From: Fonticula-like sp. SCN 57-25 | Lineage: Eukaryota | Reading direction: 5' to 3' | DNA: 64,000 nt | Assembly: GCA_001724245.1 (NCBI GenBank) | Contig: MEDX01000001.1 | Coordinates: 1 to 64,000, forward strand | Shown here: piece by piece, positions 49,411 to 61,014 of the stretch | Position numbering within the stretch: position 1 is the stretch's first letter | Layout: each line of letters opens with the position of its first letter | Made by a program: the position numbers and the translations under genes | The notes under the pieces: model-generated | Told to the model about the DNA's origin: nothing | The model's database searches: none | What the model saw: only the letters and a program-made list of their open reading frames with translations

Positions 49411-51239
49411 ATGTCTGGCACACTGCAAATTCCGCTGCCTTTGGCGCTCATGACTGACTCATACAAGGCGTCCCACATGTTTCAGTACCCAGATTCTTTG
49501 AAGGTGCGGAGTCCATTGATGCTTTCACGGCATTACCTGTTCTGCTTCGTTTGACCGATGCTGACACAGTCGACAGATGGTAGCATACGGCGAGTTCCGC
49601 AAGCCGTTCAACAACGACGCGAGCGATTCGCGCATTGTGCTGTATGGAATGCGCTACCTTATTGAAAACTACGTTGGCCGTCGTTGGACCGAGATGGACG
49701 TCGAGCTGGCGGACAAGTTTTACGCGACCCACAATGCCGCCGGGACGCCGTTTCCGTTCCCCAAGGAGATCTTTTTAAAGTTTGTTCGCGAGAACGACGG
49801 CTACTTCCCCGTCACCATTGAGTCACTGCCCGAGGGCAGCGTCATTTACCCGCACGTCCCTGTCTTTCAGATCACTGCGACGGAGGAGTACTCGCGCCTC
49901 TGCACGTTCCTCGAGACGGTCCTCACGATGATCTGGGTACGCCTGGCGCCACTGCGCCTCTTGTACGCGCTTACACGTATGCATGCAGTACCCGAGCACC
50001 GTTGCGACGCTTTCCCGCAAGGCGCGCATCGCGATCAGCGCCGCGTTCGACAAGAGTGTCGACCACAGCAACCATTTCCTCCTGGACAGCCGCCTGCAAG
50101 ACTTTGGCATGCGCGGATGTACATGCGTCGAGCAGTCGGTGATTGGCGGAGCGGCTCATCTGGTGCGCCGCTCATTATTGCAATGTTTTATATTGTGACT
50201 AACCCCGCCGCCCCGCTCAGCTCAACTTTACCGGGTCCGACACGATGACGGCCGGGTACTACGTTCAGTTCATCTTGAATGAGGGTCGGCCCATTGCCGA
50301 GTCGATCCCCGCCACTGAACACTCTGTCATGACCGCCTACGCGAGCGAGCAGGTGCGCCACGTTTGCCTGCTTGCGGTGCGATGCTGACGATGTTGCAGG
50401 ATGCGATTCGCGCCATGATTCGCGAGTTTGGCGCGGGCACCTTTGCCATTGTGATGGACAGCTACGACTATGTCCGCGCGCTCACGCAGGTGCTGCCATC
50501 CATCTCGTCGTACAAGACGGATCGCGGCGGCTTTATGGTCCTGCGGCCGGACTCTGGCGACCCCACCGAGGTCGTGCTGCAGGCGCTGCGCGCGAGCGAA
50601 AAGGTGTTTGGCGCCACGGTCAACGACAAGGGCTACAAGGTCATCACGGGCGCCGGCGTCATCCAGGGCGACGGAATCAACCTCACCAACATTTATGCAA
50701 TCCTCACCGCCGTCCTCGATGAGGGGTACAGCGCGCAGAGCGTCGCCTTTGGCATGGGCGGCGGCCTGCTGCAAAAGGTGAACCGCGACACCATGAGCTT
50801 TGCCACCAAGCTCTCGTTCATCAAGTACGCCGACGGTCACGAGCGCAACATCATGAAGGCGCCCAAGACGGACGCCAGCAAGGTCAGCCTGCCCGGCGAG
50901 CTCGCGGTGGTGTACTCGGCCGAGGGCGTCCCGATGGTGTACCCCAAGGGGGCCGTCGATCCCGCCAAGAATGCGCTCCGCGTCATCTACGACAAGGGCC
51001 CGGTCAAGGGTACGCCACAACGCATACGTCGTTTATTTGATGCTAAACTATGCGCTGTAGATTTCAAGTGGGACACGTTTGACGAGGTCCGCAAGCGCGT
51101 CGAGGCGCAGTTTGCCACCCTGCCCGCGAGCGCCAACGTCGTTACTCCCGAGCTCCAGAAGCTGATCGTGGAGACGCGCGAGCAGCAAATCGCGGCCTCT
51201 GACAAGGCTCTCGAGGGAGTCGTGGGCATCGAGCTGTAA
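49411..51239 (+). CDS. NAMPT: Nicotinamide phosphoribosyltransferase (NAMPT/NadV)
   Basis: MTDSYKASH, W|YPSTVATLSR, RLQDFGMRG, IPATEHSVMTA, VMDSYD, VLRPDSGDP, IQGDGI, FGMGGGLLQKVNRDTMSFATK. Confidence 0.9.
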
Positions 51240-51384
51240 GAAACAGGGGCGGTTTCCTTTTGCCAGTTCATTCTAGTGTAGTCAGTTCTGTTGCCGCATA
51301 TCTCTGTTTTTGAACCCATGTTTTCGCAATTTTCTGCCCCATATATCGATTCAGTGCATCAGTTTCAATAATAATCGTTGTTAT

Positions 51385-53646
51385 TCAGTCAATAACGGAT
51401 TGGTACGTCGGCAAATGTACATTCACATGGTGGCGCGCAAAGTGCGCAATGCGCCTGACAGCGCCCTCCAGCTCGCCCTTGATCGGCACGAGGCCCATCC
51501 GGGCGTACGTCTGCTCCGCCGGCGCTCTCCCCTGCATGGCGTCGACCACGACGGACCTGAGGTTGCTGCGGACGAGCACCATGACCGGCGAAAAGTACTG
51601 CACCGCCTTGCCGGCATGCACCTCGAACCGATGTAGCGCATCCGGCCCCACCTCGAGGCGCTCACCTAGCGCGCGCAACGCCACCGCTGCATCGGCGCTC
51701 TCATCAGGCCAGGCTCCCAGAGCGCCAGTGCACGCGTCGTGCAGCGCGGCTGCCGAGGGAGGTGCCACGCGCGACGTTCGCGCGACCATGCACAGCACCG
51801 CCATCACGCTGAGCCGCCACAGATGGTGCCCGATACGCAGGATCCGCTCAACGTCCAGGTGCAGCGTCTCGGGGATGCTCTCTAAGCTAAGAGGCTCTTC
51901 AGGCAAGAAAGCCGCAGCGAGGCCGGCATGCAGTCGGTGCTCGAAGCGGTCACTCGCCGGTAGCTGCCGCACCCACTCTTTTGTGCGCCCAAGAGAAAAG
52001 CCGTCGCTCTCCAGCCGGCGCGCAAAGTTGTCACGCTCGTATCTCACGCCCTGCTCGAGCAGCAGCGGCCGGGCCATGTTGAGGTGCGCGTTGGCGAGGT
52101 CGAGGCGCGTGAGGCGCAGCATCTCCATGACGTCTTCAAAGGCGGCGACCATCTCTGCAGGCGGCGGGGCCGGCGGCAGCTGCTCGTACCGGCGCCGCAT
52201 GTCGCCCACCTTGTCGTCCCGCGACGGCGCGCAGAGACCGGCAAGCTGCTCCACGACAAAGAGTAGATAGTGGCGCGCCTCAAAGGTGCCCGCCCGCAGC
52301 TGCTGAAGAATGACGTCCTGGTCAAGACCTTCATCAACCCGCAACCGCAGCGCGGCAGAGTTGGGGGCGAGGCTTGTGATCTGCAGGGCAATGTCTTGGA
52401 TCAGCGTCATCAGCATTGCATAGTCGCCCGACATGGTGGAGGCCAGCAGGCCGTCCCAGAACGCCTTGCGCGCCTGCGTGCGAACAGCGCCGACAAAGGG
52501 CGACTCGGCGGGATCGGACTCTAGCGTAAAGTCGGGCTCTACGAGAAGGCTGTGTAAAAGCGCCTCGTTGCCCATGTCGATGGGCGGCGGCTGCGCGTCT
52601 TCCTTTGTTGTGTCGGCCTCGGCCTGCTTCTTCTCACCAACACAGTCCGTAAGAGCGGCCCATTGTGCGGGGCCGCTCACACGCAAGACGAGGTCGCGGG
52701 CCCGCTCGCGCGCACCGAGACGCGCCATCTGCATCACAAGTCGCCGCTGCTCCTTGTCGACCTGGTCCAGGTACACGGCGGGAGGTATCGCCGACCGCTC
52801 GGAGTCTTGATTTCGTACGACGCCCTTAAAGTCCTCCAGCTCGGCGTAGCGCATCTCAAAGCGCGAAAGCATGTACTCTCGGTCCTTGGCCTTCCATTTG
52901 TCAAAGCAAATAAAGTAGAGCGTGCACGCGGCGTGGAAGGCTTGCACGAGCGCGCAACGCGGACGCGGCCTCCGCACAGCTGCGCGTAGAAGCGCAAACA
53001 CAGCAAGCATTGACTCGGCCGCATCGCGCACAGCGTCCTCTTCCATCGCCAATTCCCCACGAGAAAAGATTGCCTCGGAATGCGTCGTCAGGAGGTACGC
53101 GCTGATGAACGCGCGCGCCGACCACGACCGCCGCGCCCCAGAGGCCGACACTGACCAGACGGCGTCAAGCATGGCCGCGACACCGCTAATTAGGGAATCG
53201 TCCCGCATTCTCCTCGTGGCACTGTCAAAAGACGCGCTCTGCATCGCTTCGATACGCAGGCCTGCTTGCTTGAACGCCGCCGTCGCGGCGTCAAAGTGTC
53301 GGTTCAGCCTCCACCACTGTTGAATCACGATGGCTGATTCGTGGACTTGCGCCAGACGATGCTGATGCGCGCCGCGTCCATCCTCGACACTTTGCTGCTG
53401 TTGTTGGGGCTGCACGAGTGCATGGTGCTGTCTCGGGTGCTCGCTAGGAGCTTGGCGACGCCGAGCAGCAACGAGTTTAGCGTGTGTCACCTTTGCGCAC
53501 ATGATACGCTTGCGCTCCTGCAAAATCGCCGCGCGACGAGCGGCAGCCGCTTCCAGCCTGGACGATATCTTTGTCCGCGCCTCTACTTCCTTTCTCAGGC
53601 TTTCACTCGAGCGCATCCGAGAAGTGCACGTTCGCGTCGACGACAT
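51385..53646 (-). CDS. T-complex protein 11 (TCP11/Sok1) family protein, apparently intronless
   Basis: ARAFISAYLL, NEALLHSLLVEPDF, ARKAFWD, LCAPSRD, LDLANAHL, YERDNF, IPETLHLDVERI. Confidence 0.88.
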   Translation of the reverse strand: MSSTRTCTSRMRSSESLRKEVEARTKISSRLEAAAARRAAILQERKRIMCAKVTHAKLVAARRRQAPSEHPRQHHALVQPQQQQQSVEDGRGAHQHRLAQVHESAIVIQQWWRLNRHFDAATAAFKQAGLRIEAMQSASFDSATRRMRDDSLISGVAAMLDAVWSVSASGARRSWSARAFISAYLLTTHSEAIFSRGELAMEEDAVRDAAESMLAVFALLRAAVRRPRPRCALVQAFHAACTLYFICFDKWKAKDREYMLSRFEMRYAELEDFKGVVRNQDSERSAIPPAVYLDQVDKEQRRLVMQMARLGARERARDLVLRVSGPAQWAALTDCVGEKKQAEADTTKEDAQPPPIDMGNEALLHSLLVEPDFTLESDPAESPFVGAVRTQARKAFWDGLLASTMSGDYAMLMTLIQDIALQITSLAPNSAALRLRVDEGLDQDVILQQLRAGTFEARHYLLFVVEQLAGLCAPSRDDKVGDMRRRYEQLPPAPPPAEMVAAFEDVMEMLRLTRLDLANAHLNMARPLLLEQGVRYERDNFARRLESDGFSLGRTKEWVRQLPASDRFEHRLHAGLAAAFLPEEPLSLESIPETLHLDVERILRIGHHLWRLSVMAVLCMVARTSRVAPPSAAALHDACTGALGAWPDESADAAVALRALGERLEVGPDALHRFEVHAGKAVQYFSPVMVLVRSNLRSVVVDAMQGRAPAEQTYARMGLVPIKGELEGAVRRIAHFARHHVNVHLPTYQSVID

Positions 53647-53911
53647 CGCTGGTGGATTACGTCATTCGGTTGGTTTGTTGACAGATGTGTCAGCAGTCTG
53701 CGTCATCCCGCCAATCGCTCACCACAGGGAGCCAAAGAGAAAAACACTGTGCAATTAAGAAGGTCAGGAAACAAGAGTGGAAAATACTGTATATTGGTGC
53801 GTGTGAAGGGATGGGTTGGTTGCTATACATGCAGACAAAAATAGACCGACCGCGCGCCAAAGAGCGCCACGGAAGCAAAAAAGGAACCACGCTCTAGATA
53901 TGCGCGGCTCT

Positions 53912-55234
53912 TCACAGATGCTGGCCGAACGTGGCCACGTCCACGAAAATCTCCTCTGCGCGCATGATTGGCTGAGTCGCGACAATGTCGAGTCCATTGT
54001 AGCGTGCGTTGGCGGGCTCGCTGGCGGACGCCGCTCTAAAGTAGGTACGGTTCAGGCCGTCGTACTGGCGGAGCACGGTGACGGCCGAGCCGACCGCGAT
54101 CGGAGCGACCGGGGCCGGCTTGGCGTCCAGGTAGGCCGACGACGCGAGCAGGTGGGGAGCGGCCTCGCCGCGGATGAGCACCGAGTTGGCGGGGATGTCG
54201 CACGACGCAAAGCAGCTGAGCTTGCCGTCCTTGCGGGTGCGCACCTGGAAGCGCACCTTGGTCTGCTCAAAGCGGCGCATGGCGCACCGCATGATGCGCT
54301 CGGTGAAGCCGCGCACGCCGGCGGGGTCGTTGTCGAGGATAAAGTCGGCGGACCCCCAGAGCGCGCGCGGGTAGTACAGCCCGCAGTTGGGGTTGATCTC
54401 GAGGAAGTAAATGTCGCCCTTGCTGTTCATGCGCAGGTCGCAGCGCCCGTACGAGTTGCCGCCGACAGCGGTGAACGCCCGCCGGGAGACGTCGCGTAGC
54501 CGCTCAGAGAGGGCCGCGTCCTGGACGGGCGCCCACCCAATGCCCTCATAGTTGACCCACTTCATGTCAAAGTGCTTGAAGGTCTCGCCGTCGGGGAAGC
54601 TGCACTCAATAGGGACGTACGCAATGGGCTCGGCTCCATCGGCGTCGCCCTCGCTCACAAGGACGGTGAACTCGCGGCCCTCAATAAACTCCTCAACCAA
54701 AACACCGCCAAACATCTCCATGAAGCGCGCAACCTCCTGCTGCAGCTCGGTAAAGTTGGACACGCACGATTCGCGCGTCGTGCCAATGCTACCGCCGCTG
54801 TTGTAGTGCTTCACAATAAGCGGGTATTTCAGGTTCGAGACGGACGACTCGAGATCGTCGCCCGCGTAGCAAAACGCAAACGGAGCGGTGCGCACGCCGC
54901 CCTGCTGCGCAAGGATCTTCATGCGCTGCTTGTCCAGGTTGTAAAAGGCCGGCGCGCCGCCGGTGTACGGAGCGCGGTAGTGCTCCAGCGCCTCAACGAC
55001 CTCCACGCCCGCGCGGTCCTCGTCCCACGCGCCGTCGCAGAGGTTGATGAACATGTCGTACTTTTTGGACCACACGAGCTCGCGGACAAAGCTCACCGAA
55101 TTCGCCTTGGGGACGCCGATCGACTCCCACGTGTGCTCGGGAAAGTACGGCGCGGGCGTGCACTCGTAGTCGTCATGGTCCTTGAACACGGACTCAGAGT
55201 CCTCGTACGAGGACGCAATCACTGCGATCCGCAT
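53912..55234 (-). CDS. D-Ala-D-Ala ligase-like ATP-grasp enzyme fused to a degenerate SET domain, intronless
   Basis: FINLCDGAWDEDRAG, YPLIVKH, LVEEFIEGREFTVLV, YGRCDLRM, YFLEINPNCG; C-terminal FASCDIPANSVL…VATQPIMRAEEIFVDVATF. Confidence 0.8.
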   Translation of the reverse strand: MRIAVIASSYEDSESVFKDHDDYECTPAPYFPEHTWESIGVPKANSVSFVRELVWSKKYDMFINLCDGAWDEDRAGVEVVEALEHYRAPYTGGAPAFYNLDKQRMKILAQQGGVRTAPFAFCYAGDDLESSVSNLKYPLIVKHYNSGGSIGTTRESCVSNFTELQQEVARFMEMFGGVLVEEFIEGREFTVLVSEGDADGAEPIAYVPIECSFPDGETFKHFDMKWVNYEGIGWAPVQDAALSERLRDVSRRAFTAVGGNSYGRCDLRMNSKGDIYFLEINPNCGLYYPRALWGSADFILDNDPAGVRGFTERIMRCAMRRFEQTKVRFQVRTRKDGKLSCFASCDIPANSVLIRGEAAPHLLASSAYLDAKPAPVAPIAVGSAVTVLRQYDGLNRTYFRAASASEPANARYNGLDIVATQPIMRAEEIFVDVATFGQHL

Positions 55235-55416
55235 GGCGCCGTCCTTTGTTGCGTGATGCTGCGCGGTGTCCGCGTGAAACGCCCGTGAAACACTTGCACA
55301 GCTCCACTCTGATTGGCCGCCGGCCTGCTGTTCCTGTGCACATGGCTGTGCACAACGGTGTGGGCAGGTGTTTTCGGTGTTGACTTCTGCGGGGGAGCGA
55401 GCGAGCGAGAGGGCAA

Positions 55417-57343
55417 ATGTCGAACGAGGAGCGCGTGGCGGCGCTCATAGAGATGGTCCGCGGGATGACGCTCCTGAAGGCGGGCAGGAGTGTACGTTTT
55501 TGGAGGGCCGTGTTTGTATGATTGACGTCCGTTTTGTAGGGCAAGCCGCATTTCCGCCACTTTACACTCAGCCCTGACCTGTCGAGGATCTCTTGGGAGT
55601 CTCCCAAGAAGGATGAGGCGTTTGTTGCAATCTCGGAGATCTCTGAGCTGCTTCGCGGCCAGGTAACAAAGGTGTTTCAGCAGAATCCTATCCCCGAGCA
55701 CCAGGATCTCTCGTTTTCTTTGGCCTACCGTGGCGGGCGCACGCTCGACATTGTGTGCAAGGATCGCCGCGAGTATGATCTTTGGATCCGCGGCATCACT
55801 GCGTTGCGGAGCAAGGAGGTGAGCGCTGATGAGGCGGCGCGCATTCGCAAGGAGGCGTCATCGGGCGGCGGGAACAAGGTCCAGGTCGTCATTGAAAAGA
55901 ACACTGCCAAGCTGGTCGTACGCGAGGACGCGTCTGACGTGTATACGTGGGGCTGCGGGCGGTTTGGTCGCCTCGGCCACGGCGATGACGTTGACGAGGC
56001 GGCCCCGCGCGTGCTCGAGCCGCTGCTCGGCAAGGATGTTGTTTTTATGGCCCTTGGTACTGCGCACTCGATGGCAATCACGGAGAGCGGCGAGGTGTAT
56101 GGGTGGGGATACGGCGCGCACGGGCGCCTCGGCAACGGCCACGAGCGGAACCGCTTCACGCCGCTGGCCATTGCAGAGCTCCGTGGAAAATATGTAACGC
56201 AGCTGGCCTGCGGCGACGGTCACTCGGCCGGCCTCGCCGAGTCTGGCCTGCTGTATACGTGGGGCAACGGCGAGAGCGGCCAGCTCGGCTTTGAGACGCC
56301 CAAGACGAGCGTGCCGACGGCGATCCCCTCCGAGGCCTTTGAGGGGCGCCACCCCGTGCAGGTCGCCTGCGGGCCCGACTTTACGTGCGTCGTCACAAAG
56401 GACGGCTCGCTCTACACATTTGGCCTCAACAGCCACGGGCAGCTCGGCCTCGGGGACTACGAGAACAGGTCGACGCCCACGCGCGTCAACGCCCTCAACG
56501 GCATTGAGATTAGGAAAGTCGCATGCGGCGGATCCCACGTGGCGGCTGTGTCGGGTACGCTGTCTTTTTTTGGTCCTGCTGTATGCTAACCGCTGCTACC
56601 CATAGCGTCTGGTGTGCTTTATATCTGGGGCGACGGCGCCAGCGGCCAGCTCGGGCTCGGCGAGGACCTCTGCGTCCCGACGCCACTCCCGCGCATGGTG
56701 GACGCGCTCTCGTCCATGGAAGCGGTTGATGTGTGCTGCGGGCAGCGACACACGATTGTCCTCGTGTCGACGGGCGCGCTCTTTGGCTTTGGCGATGGGT
56801 CCGCGGGGCAGCTCGGCCTTGGCACGCTCGTCAAGCGCGTCCCGATTCCCCGGCAGGTCGCCTTCCCGGACAAGCAGCGCATTTCCCTCATTGCATGCGG
56901 CGACTCTCACACGGCGGCGGTCACCGAGTCGGGCCAGCTGCTGACGTGGGGGCACGCCGCCAACGGCCGGCTCGGGCAGGAGGGCTCTCGCGACAAAATT
57001 GCACCCGCGCCAGTCGATGCGGTGGCAAACAAGCACGTCCGCATGGTGGTGTGCGGCGGCTCCCACATGGCCGTCACAGTGACGCACACATGGGTGCCGG
57101 ACAAGGAGGCGCGCGATTGCATGGCGTGCAAGAAGCGCTTTACTCAAGTTCGCAGGAGGGTGCGCCTGGCTAATATATGCGAATAGTGTATCTAATTTGA
57201 GTGATTTGTAGCATCACTGCAGAAAGTGCGGAGGCGTCTTTTGCGGCGACTGCTCTTCCAAGCGGTTCCCTATTCTGGAGGCGGGCTTTAGCGAGCCCGT
57301 CCGTGTCTGTGACAAGTGCTATTCCATCCTGTCTCGTAATTAA
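55417..57343 (+). CDS. PH + RCC1 repeats + FYVE domain protein (PRAF-like)
   Basis: GMTLLKAGR|…GKPHFRHFTLSPD…LSFSLAY…TLDIVCKD (PH); repeated xxGxxH…WG…GxLG blades; WVPDKEARDCMACKKRFTQVRRR|HHCRKCG…RVCDKC (FYVE). Confidence 0.9.
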
Positions 57344-57557
57344 AATGTATATGCAGTTTTCAATGAAAGTCCTTTTGAACCTTTATGTACTATATTGCAA
57401 ATGTGATGCCTTCGAGGCATACATGCCCAAGCAATCCCCATTCGATCATTGCCCGCCTCGGATCCAAAGACCGAAGACCGATCCGGATTAGAATGAATCG
57501 CGATCCAAATGAGCGTCATTGTCGATACGTCGTTTGCCTGGAGCCGCCGCCGCAAAG

Positions 57558-59124
57558 ATGGTACGTAATCGCGGGTGCAGGGCGCCGGTTCTTGGGAACT
57601 AAGGGCTGCTCGTAGGGTGGAAACCAGTCTGGAATGCCTCCGCAGGGAGATGGCGATCAGGATAACAAGAAGGACGATAAGGTATGGCCTGCGCTGTCTG
57701 CAATCGTTTTGGCTGACGTTACCCCTCCTTTTCGTTACAAAGGATAAGAAGCGTTACGAGCCGCCGGTGGCGCCTCGCGTGGGTCGCAAGCGCAAGACGC
57801 GCAAGGGCCCCGACGCGTCGCACAAGCTTCCTGCAGGTACGCTGCCGGTTTAACTCTGTGATTAGCATGCCCTAACGCTCCCGTTCTTTCGTGCAGTTTT
57901 CCCTACAACGCGCTGTCGCCTAAAGCTCCTAAAGTCGGAGCGCATCAAGGACTTTTTGCTTCTTGAGGAGGAGTTTGTGACTAACCAGGACCGTCTTCGG
58001 CCTCGCGATGAGAAGAATCAGGAGGAGCGTGTCAAGGTAGACGATCTCCGCGGCTCGCCGATGAGCATCGGCACGCTCGAGGAGCTTGTTGACGACAACC
58101 ATGCCATTGTGTCCACCTCGATGGGCCCCGAGTTTTATGTGAGCATCATGTCGTTTGTCGACAAGGATCAGCTTGTGCCCTCGTGCTCTGTCTTGCTACA
58201 CAACAAGGTCATGGCCATTGTCGGCGTCCTCGGCGATGACGTTGATCCCATGGTGTCGGTGATGAAGCTCGAAAAGGCGCCCACGGAATCGTACGCCGAC
58301 GTCGGAGGCCTCGAGCAGCAGGTTCAGGAGATCAAGGTGCGCTTTTTTGCTTTCTTTAGTGCGCGTGTGCTAAACTGCTCTTTTTCCGTTAATAGGAGGC
58401 CGTGGAATTGCCTCTGACTCACCCCGAGCTCTATGACGAGATGGGCATCCGGCCGCCGAAGGGTGTTATTCTGTACGGCCCGCCCGGCACCGGCAAGACG
58501 TTGCTCGCCAAGGCCGTTGCGAACCAGACGTCGGCGACGTTCCTTCGCGTCGTCGGCTCTGAGCTCATCCAAAAGTACCTCGGCGACGGCCCCAAGCTCG
58601 TCCGCGAGCTTTTCCGCGTTGCCGAGGAGCACGCGCCGTCCATTGTCTTTATTGACGAAATTGACGCTGTCGGCACCAAGCGCTACGACTCGACGTCTGG
58701 CGGCGAGCGCGAGATCCAGCGCACCATGCTCGAGCTGCTCAACCAGCTCGACGGTTTTGACTCGCGCGGCGACGTCAAGGTCATCATGGCCACGAACAAG
58801 ATCGAGTCGCTGGACCCCGCGCTCATTCGTCCCGGCCGTATTGACCGCAAGATTGAGTTCCCGCTGCCCGACATCAAGACCAAGCGCAACATTTTCAACC
58901 TGCACACGATGCGGATGACGCTGAGCGACGACGTGGACGTCGAGGAGCTGATCACGGCCAAGGACGATCTTTCCGGCGCCGACATCAAGGCCGTCTGCAC
59001 AGAGGCCGGTCTGCTGGCGCTCCGCGAGCGCCGCATGCGCGTGACCATGGACGACTTCCGCAAGGCCAAGGAAAAGGTCATGTTCCGCAAGACGGACAAC
59101 ACCCCCGAGGGTCTGTATCTGTAG
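57558..59124 (+). CDS. PSMC1: 26S proteasome AAA-ATPase subunit Rpt2
   Basis: ATG-only first coding exon then [39 protein letters not shown], ends PEGLYL*. Confidence 0.97.
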
Positions 59125-59242
59125 ATGGATGCGGACAACGCGAATGCCATCATAGTATATACATTAAAAAGCAAAATAAATCAATTACAGCGTATCAGAA
59201 AGGGAATCAAAGGACCCATGCTAGTGTACAGCGCGCAGCCGG

Positions 59243-60630
59243 TCAACGCTCGCCATCGCTCTCGATGTCTGCCAAAAATGAATAGTGAGCAAAGTGAGCA
59301 ACAAAGCGCAAGGCGCGCACCGATGTACTCGTTCACCTCGGCCAGCGTGCTTGGGCTGAAAGAGTCGACCCTGCGCGAAGCGTCAGTAACATGCGAGAGT
59401 GAAAAGCGCGTATGCGCACGAGTGGTACTCGGGAAGCGCAGAGTAGCTGTCGGATCTATCAAAGTCGCCGGCGCCCGTCGGTGTGGCAGCCATCGACTCG
59501 CTCGCCGCGTCGCTCGCGCCGGGGGTCTGCTGGAAATCGGCTGCGTACGGAAGGGTCAGCAATGCTGTCGGGCAAGCTCGGGGCGTACCGCGCAGGCAGA
59601 GGCTGCGGACCATGGCGCGCTGCTCGTCCGTGTGGATGCTGCACCGTACGCTCTTGTTGCACGACTTTCCCGTAGAGTTGGACAGCACGCCGCACGTCTG
59701 CTCAAAGAGCTGCCGGAGCGCGGGCTGCGTCTTGCTCTCGAGGAGCGAGGCGGCAAACTTGCGCAGCGTGAGCTCGGGGTCCGTCGGCGTGCCAGCGCCC
59801 GCCGACCGTGCGCCGCCCTTCTTGCCCTGCGGGCTCTTGGTGATCACCGACAGGGTCGAGGGGTCGGGCGACATCGGGTCGCCCTTCTTGGGCTTCTTGG
59901 CGAGCTTGCCCTTGGCCGTCTTTTTGCCTACAAAGCACGTGCGTCAGACGGCATCCGGCATGCGCAGCTGGAACGTACGCTTCTTGCCGTCGGCGCCCAG
60001 GTAGCTTCCGTCCACAAAATCGTCGTCATCGTCGTCATCCCCGCGGGATCCGTCCGCATCGGCCTGGCTCCCCGCGGCCGCCGCGGCAATGGCCGCCGTC
60101 GCGGTGCCACTGAAACAGAAATCAGCAACGTCAAAAGGGAATTAATACGCTGCGTACTGGTTTCCGCGCCGCGCCCGGCGTCCAAAGCCCATGCAATTCT
60201 CAAGATGCGGCGCATAGCGCGACGCGCGGCAGCGCTGCGTCTGGCAGTGATCGCAGTCAAACGCCATCGTCTCGACGGCCGACGAGCTGACGACATCGCC
60301 GCCTGTCACCGCGTCACATGCCTGGCGGCAGACGTGGCACACGGGGCTATCAATTTTGGCCTTGCGGTGGACGTCAAAGCACACATCGAGGATCACGTCG
60401 TCGATCAGATCCGCGAGCAGCTCCATGCTCTGCGTGATTGTTAATGGTGAGCGTCACAGGCAACATCAAAAGGGCGATCGCACCAAGCTCGCGCATGACT
60501 TGTGCGCCTGAATCGACGCAAGCGTATCCGCCATGATCGCCTTGCGCTGCTGGAGCGCCTCGACGTGCGCATTCTTTAAAGTGAGCAGCTCCACGTACGA
60601 CACTTCCTTGACCGGTCCAGTCGCCGCCAT
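59243..60630 (-). CDS. ATXN7L3: SAGA deubiquitinase module subunit Sgf11/ATXN7L3 with SCA7 domain (3' end approximate)
   Basis: DLIDDVILDVCFDVHR; FDCDHCQTQRCRASRYAPHLENCMGFGR; TCGVLSNSTGKSCNKSVRCSIHTDEQRAMVR. Confidence 0.85.
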
Positions 60631-61014
60631 CCCGCCGGACGGCCAATCGCAGATTGCATCTCAGTTTGCACAGGCGAAAACTGATATATGCGGCATGCAG
60701 CCTGCTTCGTGCACCGTTTTTGAGGTGGACAGTGGACAAAGCAGAAAGAGAACTCGGCTTTGCCAGTGGCCGCCTAGTTACTTTTTCTAAGGCCGGTTTG
60801 CCTCTGCTTGAACCACAATCCGTCGATCATTTGGTTGCATCAATTGGTTGTATCATAGGCGCCTGCTCTGCTTGCCGAGGCGCTTTATCGACGCAAGAAC
60901 GCAGGCCAAATGCACTCAAGCACTCAATATAGGACAACGCAAACACACAAATAGAAAAGGGCATAGTATGCATTATCATACATGAGACACTGAAAATAGG
61001 TTGTCGGGAGGAAT

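Noticed and set aside
59125..60444. 439-aa plus-strand ORF
   Set aside because: Antisense shadow of the Sgf11/ATXN7L3 gene
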